DNA from: Octopus sinensis
Taxonomy: Eukaryota
DNA: 64,000 bases
Direction of reading: 5' to 3'
Assembly: GCF_006345805.1 (NCBI RefSeq)
Contig: NC_042998.1
Coordinates: 179,924,001-179,988,000, forward strand
In this document: positions 1-12,671 of the stretch, piece by piece
Layout: each line of letters opens with the position of its first letter
Numbering within the stretch: the first letter of the stretch is position 1
Program-made: the position numbers and the translations under genes
Notes under the pieces: model-generated
The model's database searches: none
The model's input: the letters and a program-made list of their open reading frames with translations, nothing else
Told to the model about the DNA's origin: nothing

Positions 1-68
1 CATGCATACATACATACATACATACATACATACATACATACATACATACATACATACATACATACATA
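1..68. repeat. (CATA)n microsatellite
   Basis: Direct tandem CATA repeats at the window start. Confidence 0.95.
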
Positions 69-96
69 AAAATAAATAAATAACTGCGGCCTTATT

Positions 97-336
97 TTTA
101 AAGCCTAGCCAGGCTTATGGGCCCGGTTTCCCGGTTTCAGTGGCGTATGTGTTTCCCAGCTGGACGGAACGCCAGTCCATCACAGCGTTACTCACTTTTG
201 CCCGCTGAGTGGACTGGAGCAACGAGAAATGAAGTGTTTTACTCAAGAACACAACGCGTCGCCCGGTCCAGGAATCGAAACCACAATCTCACGATCATGA
301 TGCTGACACCTTAACCATTAACCCACGCGCCTCCAC
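97..336 (-). mobile_element. tRNA-derived SINE, family D, full length
   Basis: The minus strand starts GTGGAGGCGCGTGG...TGGTTAAGG (A box-like), then GTTTCGATTCC (B box-like), then a CORE-like TTGAGTAAAACACTTC. A close second copy lies at 52702-52944 and a diverged partial copy at 38092-38262. Confidence 0.85.
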
Positions 337-591
337 ACACACACATACATACATACATAAATACATACATACATATGTATGTGTAAGTGTGTATATGTAT
401 AAAATCTTAATAGCTAACATCGCTAGATGTTGGAAGTTTGACAAGTGCTTTGGGACGAAACTATAAGCTCTTGAGTGACTCCCGTAACAAATTCATTTAA
501 ACGAAAGGTTATATATACTTTACTCCTTATACTCACTCCTATTTTACCCATTTTTGAAAAACCCAATTGACCGTTTTCTTTTCGCACTGGC

Positions 592-642
<51 letters not shown>

Positions 643-873
643 GACAAGCACTAACATAGGCATAAATATACACACGCACATACACAATCAGTGAAAGATA
701 TATATGAATTACGCACATCGCTTCCATAATTGCTTTATGATTTATGCTTTTGTTCCATTGTCTGTCTGTCACAACTTCCCTTTTTTTTTATCGCATTTCT
801 CGATCGACAAAGAACACGTCCACACAAATACAGAGATAGATACACGCGCGGGCGCACACTTGGACACAAGCAC

Positions 874-973
874 NNNNNNNNNNNNNNNNNNNNNNNNNNN
901 NNNNNNNNNNNNNNNNNNNNNNNNNNNNNNNNNNNNNNNNNNNNNNNNNNNNNNNNNNNNNNNNNNNNNNNNN
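874..973. other. Assembly gap (100 N)
   Basis: Run of 100 N, a typical scaffold spacer. Confidence 0.99.
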
Positions 974-1381
974 TATGTAGTTAGTATTCGTTACTGAACG
1001 CAATATTATCGTAATACAGTTATTGTATCTATGTGTATGTATCGTCAAAAACTGAGCCCATCTCATTCACATGATTGTCACTCATTTGATGCAAATTGAA
1101 CGAAAGAAGTATATTTCTTGGTTATATATAACATGCAGTTATATGGTTAAATATTGGTTCATACACGATGAAAATGATGTGAAGCAAGCTGAGATGTATT
1201 ATGCCAATGTAATGTTAGAATTGCTTATGTTAAAGCAAAGACAAAGGGCATATATACACAATTATGCCTGACCAACTTAATCTTATAACTTTCACAAAAA
1301 TAAATATTTTTTTATGAATTTCTCTACGAACATGCCTACGAAGATGGTATAGATTTCGATTATATTTGAATTGTTTTTCAG

Positions 1382-1449
1382 GGAAACTGGGGAGAGGAGA
1401 GTCAGAAAATTCAAACGGCCGGCTTTGTTTCCTCATAACTTTCAGAAGA
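1382..1449 (+). other. Candidate 68-nt spliced exon, product unknown
   Basis: Acceptor ttgtttttcag| and donor AGA|gtgagt in unique sequence. Two frames are open (ETGERRVRKFKRPALFPHNFQK or KLGRGESENSNGRLCFLITFRR). No recognisable homology. Confidence 0.2.
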
Positions 1450-1614
1450 GTGAGTATTTCGAAATGAAAATTTTGAAAAATACATTTCATAGCGTTTAGA
1501 TTACGATTATATCAGAATTTAATATGGAAATAGAAACTGGTGAGATTAGCACACATACATACTAACATATATTATTTTTTTTCCTTTTCGAAAAATTTAT
1601 TTCATAGCAGTGAG

Positions 1615-1812
1615 CTGGAAAACTGAGTAGTACCAGTAATTCAAAGGCCCTGCCTTGTCACATTGTGTGACGTAGAATCTCACTCAGAACTACGTTAAGG
1701 ATGTGCATATCTGTGGAGTGTTCAACCACTTTCATGTTTATTTCACGAGCAGGCTGTTCCGTTGATCGGATCAACTGGAACTCTCGTCGTCGTAACGGAC
1801 GGAGTGCCAGAG
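1615..1812. mobile_element. Probable SINE 3' segment (interspersed repeat)
   Basis: GC-richer block ending CTCTCGTCGTCGTAACGGACGGAGTGCC. An internally deleted, reverse-complement relative lies at ~11818-11885. Confidence 0.4.
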
Positions 1813-1845
1813 CCAGTTATATATATATATTTATATATATGTATA

Positions 1846-2020
1846 TATCGCTAGCCACTAGACATTCTTTATTTTTTCTCCTTGTTTCTTTCTGTGTTTC
1901 TTTCTGTGGAAGAGCGTGGGCTCGAAACGTTAAAGACCTTTTCACTTCCCGTTAAACTAATACATCTTTTGTCGTCTACACCACTTGTCTTCGTCTTTTG
2001 TTTTGTGAATTCTCCCCTAT
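1846..2020 (+). mobile_element. ~180-bp interspersed repeat with a variant minimal hammerhead motif (Penelope-like pLTR-type), copy 1
   Basis: Homologous in reverse complement to 3970-4090 and 54243-54425. Contains TCTTT-CTGTGGA-A-GAGC(GTGG)GCTC-GAA-ACGT-T-AAAGA at 1899-1936. Confidence 0.6.
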
Positions 2021-2211
2021 ATATATATATATATAGATATATATATAATATAATATATATAATATATATTTATATGTATATGTATATGTATGTATGTATG
2101 TAATGTATGTAGTTATGTATGTGTATATATAAGGAGAAGGAGAAAATGAGAGAGACTGATATGTGTGTGTTTCTTGTGTGGTGTTACACTCACACAAACA
2201 CACACACACAC

Positions 2212-2247
<36 letters not shown>

Positions 2248-2523
2248 ATATATATATAATATATATATTATATATATCTATAATATATATATATATATAT
2301 ACACACACAATATATGCGTGTCGTTGTGTTTGCCCACGAGCAGCACTTGACAACCGATGTTGCTGTGTTCGGCGAATGAGATGGATAGAATTACTATCTG
2401 GCTTTACAACAAAAAAAAAAAAAATTAATGAGCATTGGGGTCGGGTCGTTTCTTTCAATTAAAACCCTTCAACGAGGTACCCCGGCATGGTCGCAGCCTG
2501 GTAACTGAAACCAGTAAAATACA

Positions 2524-2589
<66 letters not shown>

Positions 2590-2845
2590 CTGTGTGTGTT
2601 GTGTGTGTGTGTGTGTTTGTGTGTGTTTGTGTGTGTGTATGTGTACATTAATATATATGTGTGTATATATGCAAACATTCTCATTTATATTTTTTGTTTC
2701 GTTTTCGTCTATTGTTTTCACTAGAGAAATTTGTTTAAACAACGGTCATGTTTTCTATATTGTTAAAATGGAGCTAACAACACGAGGTTAAATACCCTGA
2801 TGATCTGACCGAAGAGCAATCAAAATGCTAATTATAAACAGCAAT

Positions 2846-3507
2846 GTGCAAGCTACCATTCTTGATGGAGTGAATCAAAAATAATTTTCAGATAATTAAA
2901 ATTGCAATCCTGATGAGAAAAAAGCAATTAGCATTCATGGAATCATGTTTTCCGCATGGCCTACAGAGAAACACATGAAATTTCAATCAACCAAAAATTA
3001 AATGGAGATACCCAGGGGAGTTGTGGGGTCATTGATTTTTTACATGCATGTTGACAACATCAACTCACAAGGCTTTGGCCGGCCACTGCACATTTACCAA
3101 ACTTGCTCACAGGACACTGGTTGGCCAAGTATAAGAAGCATACCCAAAATTCCACGTCCTGTGTCTAAACAGGAAACCATAAGCTTACAAAGTGAGTTTC
3201 GTAACAACACATATAAGTGCACCTGTCTGTTCCATTATGTGGATATTCCGTCATCAAGAAGATCTCCAGACACCGAAACATATCCGATATCCGACCGAAG
3301 TTGTCAAAATACATGATCAATGACCCCACAACATCCCTGGATATCTCCGTTTAATTTTTGGTTGATTGAAATTTCATGTGTTTCTCTGTAGGCCATGCGG
3401 AAAACAAGATTTCCATGAATACTAATTAATTTTCTCTCATCAGGATTGCGATTTAAATTATCTGAAAATTATTTTTTTTGATTCACCCCATCAAGAATGG
3501 TAGCTTG

Positions 3508-3510
<3 letters not shown>
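2846..3510. mobile_element. Foldback element or MITE with ~200-bp inverted arms
   Basis: 2846-~3058 (GTGCAAGCTACCATTCTTGATGG...) is the reverse complement of ~3300-3510 (...CCATCAAGAATGGTAGCTTGCAC), with few mismatches and a ~240-bp spacer. The right end abuts (TA)n, so no TSD is visible. Confidence 0.75.
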
Positions 3511-3572
<62 letters not shown>

Positions 3573-3577
3573 TATAT

Positions 3578-3611
<34 letters not shown>

Positions 3612-3905
3612 ATACATACATACTCCACTTTGTTATACATATTATATATAATATATATATATAACAAGTGGAGTATGTATGTATATATATTATATATATA
3701 TATATATATATTAATATATATAACATATGATATATATATATATAATATTACATTTGTTATATATAATTACATATATATATATATATATACATGCATTATA
3801 TATATTATATATATATATATATAGATATGCATACATACATACATATGAATATCTATATATATAAATGTATAGATAGGTAGCTAGGATGATGGATGGAGGA
3901 TAGAC

Positions 3906-3969
<64 letters not shown>

Positions 3970-3971
<2 letters not shown>

Positions 3972-4090
3972 GGAGAATTCACAAAAAAGCAAAAGACGAA
4001 GACAGGTGGTGTAGACACCACAGAAATGAACAAAGAAAGAAACAAGGAGAGAAAATAAAGAATGTGTAGTGGCTAGCGATCTATCATGGC
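3970..4090 (-). mobile_element. Hammerhead-type repeat, copy 2 (internal deletion removes the ribozyme core)
   Basis: Matches both ends of 1846-2020 but jumps from GTAGACAC to CACAGAAA. Lies between (GATA)n and (TA)n. Confidence 0.6.
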
Positions 4091-4298
4091 GAATAATATT
4101 CATATATATATATATATATATATATCATAATATTTTATTCTCCGATTTGAAGTGACCATTTATAAATTCAAACATATGACTGAAAAGTGATGAGCTAGCC
4201 CCAGCCTGAATCGAACCGAGAAATATGCGCTTTTCATTGTAACTTTCTCTCCGTAACTTACAAAACCTTCCGCGTTTGTTTACAAATATTATATGTAA

Positions 4299-4690
4299 CT
4301 AGCAGTATCGCCCGGCGTTGCTCGGGTTTGTAAGGAAAATAACTATATAAGCATTTTTAGAGAGTTATAGCCAAAAAATAGCAAAAAATGCATTAAAAAT
4401 GGAAAAAAAATGATGGTAAATTTTTTTTTAAATCGTTGACTCATCGTAGACATTTTTAGAGAGTTACTTACCTTATATAATAGCGAAAAAATGCATTAAA
4501 ATGGAAAAAAATGATGGTAAATTTAAGATCGTAGACTCATCGTAGACGCGCGCTAATACCCAGAAGGGCTCGATATGAATCACGACTATAAGATACCCGG
4601 TTTTGGTTAAACTGCACCGCAAAATGTGGGAGTAGTTAGGAATCTAAATCGTAGGAGACAGACACACAACTTGACTTTTATATATAAAGA
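4299..4690 (-). mobile_element. Non-autonomous Helitron, copy 1
   Basis: The minus strand reads A|TCTTTATATATAAAAG...CCCGAGCAACGCCGGG (subterminal hairpin) CGATACTGCTAG|T: 5' TC, 3' CTAG, inserted between A and T, no TSD. Second copy at 61447-61845. Confidence 0.85.
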
Positions 4691-5119
4691 TATATCTGTG
4701 GTGTGTGTGTGTCTATATCTATATCTATATCTATATATATAGGATCGAGGTGTAGGAAGTGAACTTCAAGCAATCCGTAGAAAATATAGAAAAACAACTT
4801 TCAGGAACAATAGCGGTTTATTGGGGTGGAAGGTTGTTAATATTTCCCGCATCGAAGTATGATAAGCTGAAAAAAAAAAATATTCTATATTTTTATCGGT
4901 AGGCAGCCAGAGTTTCCAGGAATAAAAGTTCAAGATTTAAGGAATGGAGTAGATAAAATTCTGGCTACATATGTTTCATAGGGAGCGGAATCTCTAAACT
5001 CCAGAATTGGTAAAAATATATAATGCATGTGTGTTGTGTGTGTGTGTGCGTGCGTTGTGTGTATGTGTGTGTGTGTGTCTTTGCGTCTGTTGCTTTCCTC
5101 CATAACTTAACAAACTGTG

Positions 5120-5287
5120 TTAGTGTGCTTACATCCCCGTAACTTAGCGGTTCAGAAGAAAGAGAGCGATAGTATAAGTACTACGCGTAAAAAAGAAAGT
5201 ACGGGAGTCGATTCATTTGACTAAAAATTCTTCAAAGGCAGTGCCCCAGCATGGCCACAGTCTAATGACTAAAACATGTAAAAAGTA
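5120..5287 (+). mobile_element. CORE-like SINE (family A) 3' fragment
   Basis: CCCCGTAACTTAGCGGTTC...CCAGCATGGCCACAGTCTAATGACT matches the tail of the copy at 12672-13069. Confidence 0.7.
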
Positions 5288-5311
5288 AACGGTACACACT
5301 TTTTACACACG

Positions 5312-5416
<105 letters not shown>

Positions 5417-6688
5417 TATATACATGAGATTGTGGTAATATTAGGTATGATGATGGAAGGTCGTAGGTCCATACAACTACTGTGATCGATTCCCTCATTG
5501 GAGAGAAAAATCATTCTAATACCAATCATTCGGAACTGATGAGTGTTCCGACAGAATACCAGCATATACCACAACTTGTTATGAATATTCCTCGAGTTAT
5601 CTTTTATCGATCTTTGTAAAATTTATTTCTATTTTTATGCTGAGTGAATGTTTAAAAACAAATATGATAATTTGACTTCATACCAATCAGTTATTTGCTT
5701 GTTTATAATACGTTTACGTTATATATATAGTATATATATATATATATATAATATATATATACATATATATACATACATACATATACATACCGTAAGTCCT
5801 TAAGTATAATCCGCATTTTCCCCCCAAAATTTAAAGGTCAAAATCCTTAGTACGTACTATATACGAGATTAAAAATGATAAATATTTCCTAAGCAATATC
5901 CGAGTGTCTATTTGCTGTCCGGCAATGTTTATTCAGACGCATTTTGTGATGTTGGGCGCGAAAATACCTTAAGCTAAGCCTGAAAGCAAGAAGAATCATC
6001 CATAACTTGCAGTAAGCAACATTTATTAAAATAAAAGTATTCAGAACACAGAATTACATGTAACAAAAACAATTTGCAAACATATTTACATTCCCATATA
6101 ACAGTTAAGAACATAACCATTATTGTATTACGCATGCGCGGAAGTATTTGTTCCACTAGGTGCTGCTGGCTCTTGTCGCGCTTAGGGTTAAACTCACCCC
6201 ACCTTGTCAGCTTATAAGAAAACCGTTGAACTCATGTGTTGATTTCAAAGAGTAGAAGCATAAACTATAAATAATATGGGTGGCTTTTTTTGCAATTTTA
6301 CAACCTAAAGGCAAATTTATAGACGTCACTAAAGCGACAGACGGTACTAAGTAGCACCAGCATTGCTAGAAATGAGAGTCAAAACAACTCAATCGTTACA
6401 GAAGCACTATCTTAATGACTGGCAAGGGAAGACAAGGACCCTAGCTGACATAGCCAGATCACTGGTGATTTAGAATTTTGCGGCAAAGTATCTTAATACT
6501 TATCTATATACAGTCTCATATATATTCATGTGTTAGCGTGTCTGGGATCATTTTTTTTGACTAAGCGCTTCAAAATAGTGTTTCGTCATGGCAGTCCAGC
6601 GACTGAAACAAGAGAAAAATATTACTGTGATTGCAAAACGGCAAATAGAAAATGTTTTTGGTGTGTGCAAGTGTGTGTGTGTGTGCAT

Positions 6689-6783
<95 letters not shown>

Positions 6784-8064
6784 GGAGAGAGAGTGAGAGA
6801 AACGTATTCACTGATAAGGTACATTAACTTACAGAATGAAAATTTTTGCAAGATACTCTCAGCTCGAAGTATACAAAGTTAAGAGCAGGATACTATTCTT
6901 CAGTTGATGTGCTGAAATGTCATTATTTCAAGTACCAGATTCCCGAGCGTTTTTCGCAAACCAATTTCAATTCGTTTTAGTGATTTTGTTGAGACCCTGG
7001 CAAACATTGAGTGATCTATACTTCACTGGGGATGTCAAAGAAATCCTGCACATTTACAGAATTGAAACCATATCTAAAATGTACTACAACCCCATTCCCT
7101 CTTCCCCAGCATATTTTTGGCAGATTTAAACTTCTAAAATCCTCTCCCTTTATCTCTTCGGAGAACAAATATTCATTAACGCACATAACTGCGTATTTAT
7201 TTTACAATATCAATTAACTCAATTTATTTTCGGCTCTCTATCTCGAGTATCGAAGGTTATATTTAATTGTATGTTGTTTCTACTGAGGTACTCCATGAAA
7301 ATTTGCCAGCATCTATAGTTAATTATGGTGATCAATAGCATTTAGTTTGTGAATCGGAAGGAAATTTAACCCTTCCCTTTGTTTAATGCAGTGTTTTGCT
7401 TTTCACTGCATACATCATTTTCATTTCTTGTTTTCTTTTTGTAGCAGTGTAACACAGTGGTTTCCGTTTTAATCAACACTCTATACTTCCAACACGTGTG
7501 TAATGAGTGTTTCGCCCTTTTTTTACGAAAACTCAAACCACTGAATATACACCCAAACACAGCCACACATAAATGAATATATGAAAGTCACTCAGATAAA
7601 TATTCAAAACAACTATAGAAGACCAAAATTGCATAACAGATATTGTAAACAAGAAAGGAAACATAATCTTAACAGAAAACTCTAGGCCTGTATCTTGTAA
7701 AATTGTATTATTATAGCATAACATCTTGTAAACAAAAATAAAAACATACTTGGCTTATTGTTTGCCAGGTTTTTCAGTCAATTACACCAGAACCTTTGCA
7801 AGTCCAGTAAGGTAGTAAGTGAATGATGCGCAAACAACCGGAAAGAACAGGGTGTAGAGTGTACCGAACCACTTTTAATTGCTTTATTACCTGAATAAAA
7901 TAAAACCGCAAACCTTGTGACAGTATGACTTAAGTTTGATCCTATAAATCCGCATAGAGTTTCCAGAATCACATTTGACAAAACTATCTGCTGTTGTGTT
8001 TGCCACTGAAAAGCCCACTCCTTATATTAAAAAGGGAAAGCGCAACGGTTATATAATAATGTAG

Positions 8065-8497
8065 GGATCTTTTCGGTTTGAACGGCAGTTTTTTTAAATA
8101 ATTTCTACGTAACTAAACACTTTTAAACTTCGTATACTGGTAGAATGTGTTTATAAAACATCTTTTTCTCTTGGCTTTATTGAGAAAATTCTACAGTTTG
8201 TAAGATATTTGTTGTTTTTTTTCTTCAATTTCTGCAATTTCAACCAATCACTGACGTCTATTGAGGTGAAAACATTCTGTGCAGTATGAGTATGTTCCTC
8301 GATTAAGAAACAGATTGGGTTTATTTACATTTCTGAAGAAAAAAAGATACCCTTCTCCCCAACCCTAACCCTAACCCCAACCCTAACTAACCCTAAAATA
8401 GATAGAAATGCAATAGATCGATACTAGGGTCATAATTATGGGTGACAATTTCATATGACACCGCTAGAAAAAACTGCCGTTCAAACCGAAAAGATCC
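8065..8497. mobile_element. MITE with 30-bp TIRs and an 8-bp TSD (Merlin-like)
   Basis: TIR GGATCTTTTCGGTTTGAACGGCAGTTTTTT at both ends. Perfect TSD TAATGTAG at 8057-8064 and 8498-8505. GG termini with an 8-bp TSD fit the Merlin superfamily better than hAT or P. Internal (CCCTAA)-like tract. Confidence 0.85.
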
Positions 8498-8954
8498 TAA
8501 TGTAGTAAATTTTTCGTTAGTAATACTGCTAGGAAACAGTTTGCCTGTGCTTCCATATATTTTTTCATTAACTCCGTGGTCGCTTGTTTTCTAAAACTTC
8601 CAATATTTACATGTTAGAAATAGACACGAATGTAACATATAATTAAGATATGATGTTTTTGCTGACGGTTCACAATGGAAGTATTTACGATGCAGAGAAA
8701 CAGATGGGTTGAATAACAACATATTGATTTACTTCATGGATTTAACTTGACCAGAAAATATAATCATAGTGGATAATTAAACGTGGGAAAACTACATTCT
8801 CGAAGTAAGCAGAAAAAAGGAAACTTCACATCAATGGGCTCTCTCTAAATTGACAGTTCTACATAAGTACTATTAATACCAAGATATTGATGAAAATATT
8901 GATGTATATGTGACAAGAACAAAGAGTGACTAAAATTATTATTTACTTCAAATA

Positions 8955-9605
8955 AGGCGGCGAGCTGGCAGAATCGTTAGCACGCCGGGCGAAATGCTTA
9001 GCAGTATTTCGTCTGCCGCTACGTTCTGAGTTCAAATTCCGCCGAGGTCGACTTTGCCTTTCATCCTTTCAGGGTCGATAAATTAAGTACCAGTTACGCA
9101 CTGGGGTCGATATAATCGACTTAATCCGTTTGTCTGCCCTTGTTTGTCCCATCTGTGTGTAGCCCCTTGTGGGCAGTAAAGAAATAAGAATCTTTAGCAT
9201 GTTAGGTAAAATGCTTAGCAACATTTCGTCTGTCTTTTCGTTCTGAGTTCAAATTTCACCGATGTCGATTATGTCAACATCCCTTTGGGGCCGATGAAAT
9301 AAGTAGCAGTTCAGTGCTGGGGTCTATGTAATCGATTTACCCACTTCTCCGAAAATGTTGGTTTTGTGCCAAAGTTTGAAACCAAAAAAAGAAAGCCGGT
9401 TAGGTGGTAGAATTATTAGCCCGCCGAGCAAAATATTCAGCGGTATTGTCCGGCTTCATGGTCTGGGTTCAAATTCCGCCGAAGTCGACTTCGTCTTTCA
9501 TTATTTCAGGGTCGATGGCATAAATACTAGTTTTTTGCTGGGGTTCATATAATCGACTTACCTCCTCCTCCGACATTGCTGGCCTTGGGTCATAATTTGA
9601 AACTA
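8955..9605 (+). mobile_element. Cluster of three Deu/Nin-domain-like SINEs (family B): one intact (8955-9188), two degenerate
   Basis: Head GGCGGCGAGCTGGCAGAATCGTTAG...GAGTTCAAATTCC (B box-like), followed by GACTTTGCCTTTCATCCTTTCAGGGTCGATAAATTAAGTACCAG, which resembles the Deu/Nin central domain. Diverged repeats of the same order at ~9189-9385 and ~9400-9605. Confidence 0.8.
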
Positions 9606-10029
9606 TTATTTACTCCATATTAAAAAGAATTAAAACCTACATATGTATGTACGTAAGTGTTTGTGTGTTTTTGGCGTTTGTGTATGATTTTGAATGTATA
9701 TATGTGCACGTACATGATGTTCGCTGCTTTAAGTAGTTAAGATTTCGTATGTTTGTAGCTACATCTATAATGACTTGCCTAGCTGGTGCTGGACTTGGAG
9801 ATGTCATAGGTGAACTGGAATGAGAACTGAGAAAGGTTCCTTCATGATGAAAATAGAAAAATAGAAAAATATATTTGTGATACGAGGATCAAAAACGTGA
9901 GCAAAGAACAAATCTTTTCTGTGAAGTAAAACAAAATATCTGTTGTATGGTAAAAGCGCTTACGACAGCTCTTTGTTTAGCGTGTAGGCTGCATGAATCA
10001 TAGATGGAGATTTTTAAGTATGGGCCAAT

Positions 10030-10314
10030 ACACATACACACACACACACACACACAACAACACACACACACACACACACACAACACACACCACACACACA
10101 CACCACACACACACGCAGCACACACATCCACACGCACACACACAGAGGCATACATATATACGCACTCCCACTCATATACACACACTCACACATGTTTATG
10201 TATATATATATTCATATATATATATACAACACACATAAGCACATGCGCGCATGCACACACACATATGTATGTATGTACATATACGCACATGCACATACAT
10301 ACATGCATACATAC

Positions 10315-10412
<98 letters not shown>

Positions 10413-10554
10413 ATATATATGTGTATGTATGTACGTATACATACATACATATACGCACATACACATACATACATGCATACATACATACATACATACATAC
10501 ACATATATATATATATGTATATATATGTATGTATGTATGTACATACATACATAC

Positions 10555-10587
<33 letters not shown>

Positions 10588-10691
10588 CGTATGTATGTAT
10601 GTATGTATGTATATATATATATGTATGTATGTACGTATACATACATATATATATGTATGCATGTATATATATATATATAAGTATGTATGTA

Positions 10692-10727
<36 letters not shown>

Positions 10728-10730
10728 TAT
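10030..10730. repeat. Compound (CA)/(TA)/(CATA)/(TATG) microsatellite
   Basis: Low-complexity array; source of the spurious 310-aa ORF. Confidence 0.95.
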
Positions 10731-11294
10731 TGTGCTCCTTTCTATTGCTTAATGCGGGAGAAACCGATTTACTTAAGACGTACAGATCGGAACAGCGAAA
10801 GGAAATAATTAAACGAACCTGGCGCATACACTGCCAAGCTACTTTTGATCCTGTTGCCTCCAAGTCTTCAGTTTTTCTTATTGATGTTTTCTATCAGAAA
10901 GAACTGATCGATGATTGTCTAACAGCGAAACTGTAGTTATTTAGTGGTCGATTGAAGAGTTCATCACTTCTGGAAGAAAGAACATTTTCCACTGTTGAAA
11001 GGAAATGGATCGGCAAACGACCTGATAATCTATATTCGTGTTTAAGGAGTTACAGCTTGTTGCCCATGTACGCATAAACATTCATGCATGTGTACGTATG
11101 TATGTACGTATGTATGTACGTATGTATGTATGTATGTATGTTTGTATGTATGTATGTATGTATGTATGTATGTACGTATGTATGTATGTATGTATGTATG
11201 TATGTATGTATGTATGTATGTATTTGTGCATGTATGTATGCATGTATGTATGTATGTATTTGTGCATGTATGCATGTGTATGTATGCATGAAAG

Positions 11295-11341
<47 letters not shown>

Positions 11342-11352
11342 ATATCTTTATC

Positions 11353-11629
11353 TCTTTTACTTGTTTCACTCATTTGACTGTTGCCATGCTGGAGCACCGC
11401 CTTTAGTCGAGCAAATCGACCCCAGGACTTACTCTTTGTAAGCCTACTTCTTATTCTATCGGTGTCTTTTACCGAACCGCTAAGTTACGGCGACTTAAAC
11501 ACAGCAGTATCGGTTGTCAAGCGATGCTGGGGGGGGGGGCAAGACACACAAACATATACACACACAAACATATATATATATATGAACCATGTGGTTGGGA
11601 AGCAAGGTACTTACCACACAGCCACTCCC
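11353..11629 (-). mobile_element. CORE-like SINE (family A), internally deleted
   Basis: Tail and head match 12672-13069, but the segment between the internal microsatellite and GAACCATGTGG is missing. Confidence 0.75.
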
Positions 11630-11736
11630 ATATAGTCAAATCAAATAAACGAACATTAAAAATTATTATAATTAACAACGAACAAGCGGACGTGCCCTAG
11701 CAATGTATTAGTTTGATGCTCAATAAAAATACACAT

Positions 11737-11774
<38 letters not shown>

Positions 11775-12174
11775 TTACAAGTATGCATGCACACACATAT
11801 GCATTCATCAGTAAATCGGTCTCCGTCGATTTCGACGAAGGGAATTCAGGTTTTCAGCCAACTGAAGTCCCTGCCCTTTGAGTTAACACTTAAATGCCTA
11901 AACACACCATTAACACATCTACCCGTAACATAATAATAGTATGGAATCAGTGTGATGCAGGTTGGGCATTTTAACTTCAAGTACAAACTATCAGATCAGC
12001 TGGCTTACATATAGATTCTGTTTACGCAATTCTATTCATCAGGCTTGATTAGACACTAGTCTGAAATAAAGGTGTTATGAAGTGGAATCGAACGCGAGAT
12101 CTCGCTGTTCCGAAGTGAACTTCTTAAGGATTCGAGCATGCTACATCCATACATACATATTATTTTTTTTTTTT

Positions 12175-12596
12175 ATGTCTTTTGACTGCGGCCATGCTGG
12201 GGCACCACCTTGAAGGCTTTTAGCCCATGCTGGAGCACCTCCTTTTAGTCGAAGAAACTAACCCCAGGACTCATTGTTTGTAAGCCTGGTACTTATTCTA
12301 TCGGTCTTTAGCCGAATCGCTAAGTTACGGGGACGTAAACACACCAACACCGAGTGTCAAGCGATGGTGGCTGGAGGATAAACACAGACTCAAAGACATA
12401 CACGTAAATATATATATGCATATATACATATACGACGGGCTTCTTTCAGTTTTCGTCAACCAAATCCACTTATTAGACTTTGGTCGGCCCGAGGCTATAG
12501 TATAATAGAAGACACTTGCCCAAGGTGCCACGCAGTGGGACTGAACTCGGAACCATGTGGTTTGGAAGTAAGCTTGTTATCACACAGCCACGCCTG
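12175..12596 (-). mobile_element. CORE-like SINE (family A)
   Basis: Minus-strand head AGGCGTGGCTGTGTG...GGTTCCGAGTTCAGTCCCAC, then ACCTTGGGCAAGTGTCTTC (CORE-like), with an internal short microsatellite. Confidence 0.85.
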
Positions 12597-12671
12597 AGAA
12601 AGCAAAATCTCGCTGATGCGAAGTGAACTTCTTTAGAATTCGACCACGCGACATTCATAAATGTCGTATAC

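Noticed and set aside
97-336. tRNA genes at SINE heads
   Set aside because: A/B-box-like motifs are present, but there is no complete cloverleaf and each runs into a shared SINE body.
5790-5830. TA-CCGTAAG...CGCATTTTCCCCCC resembling a Tc2/pogo-type TIR
   Set aside because: No partner TIR or second copy found in the window.
10004-10936. 310-aa ORF, the longest in the track, and the many similar HT/YI/CV/YVCM/LS ORFs
   Set aside because: They are translations of stop-free microsatellites. Only the last ~60 aa here are complex, with no recognisable domain or convincing splice sites.
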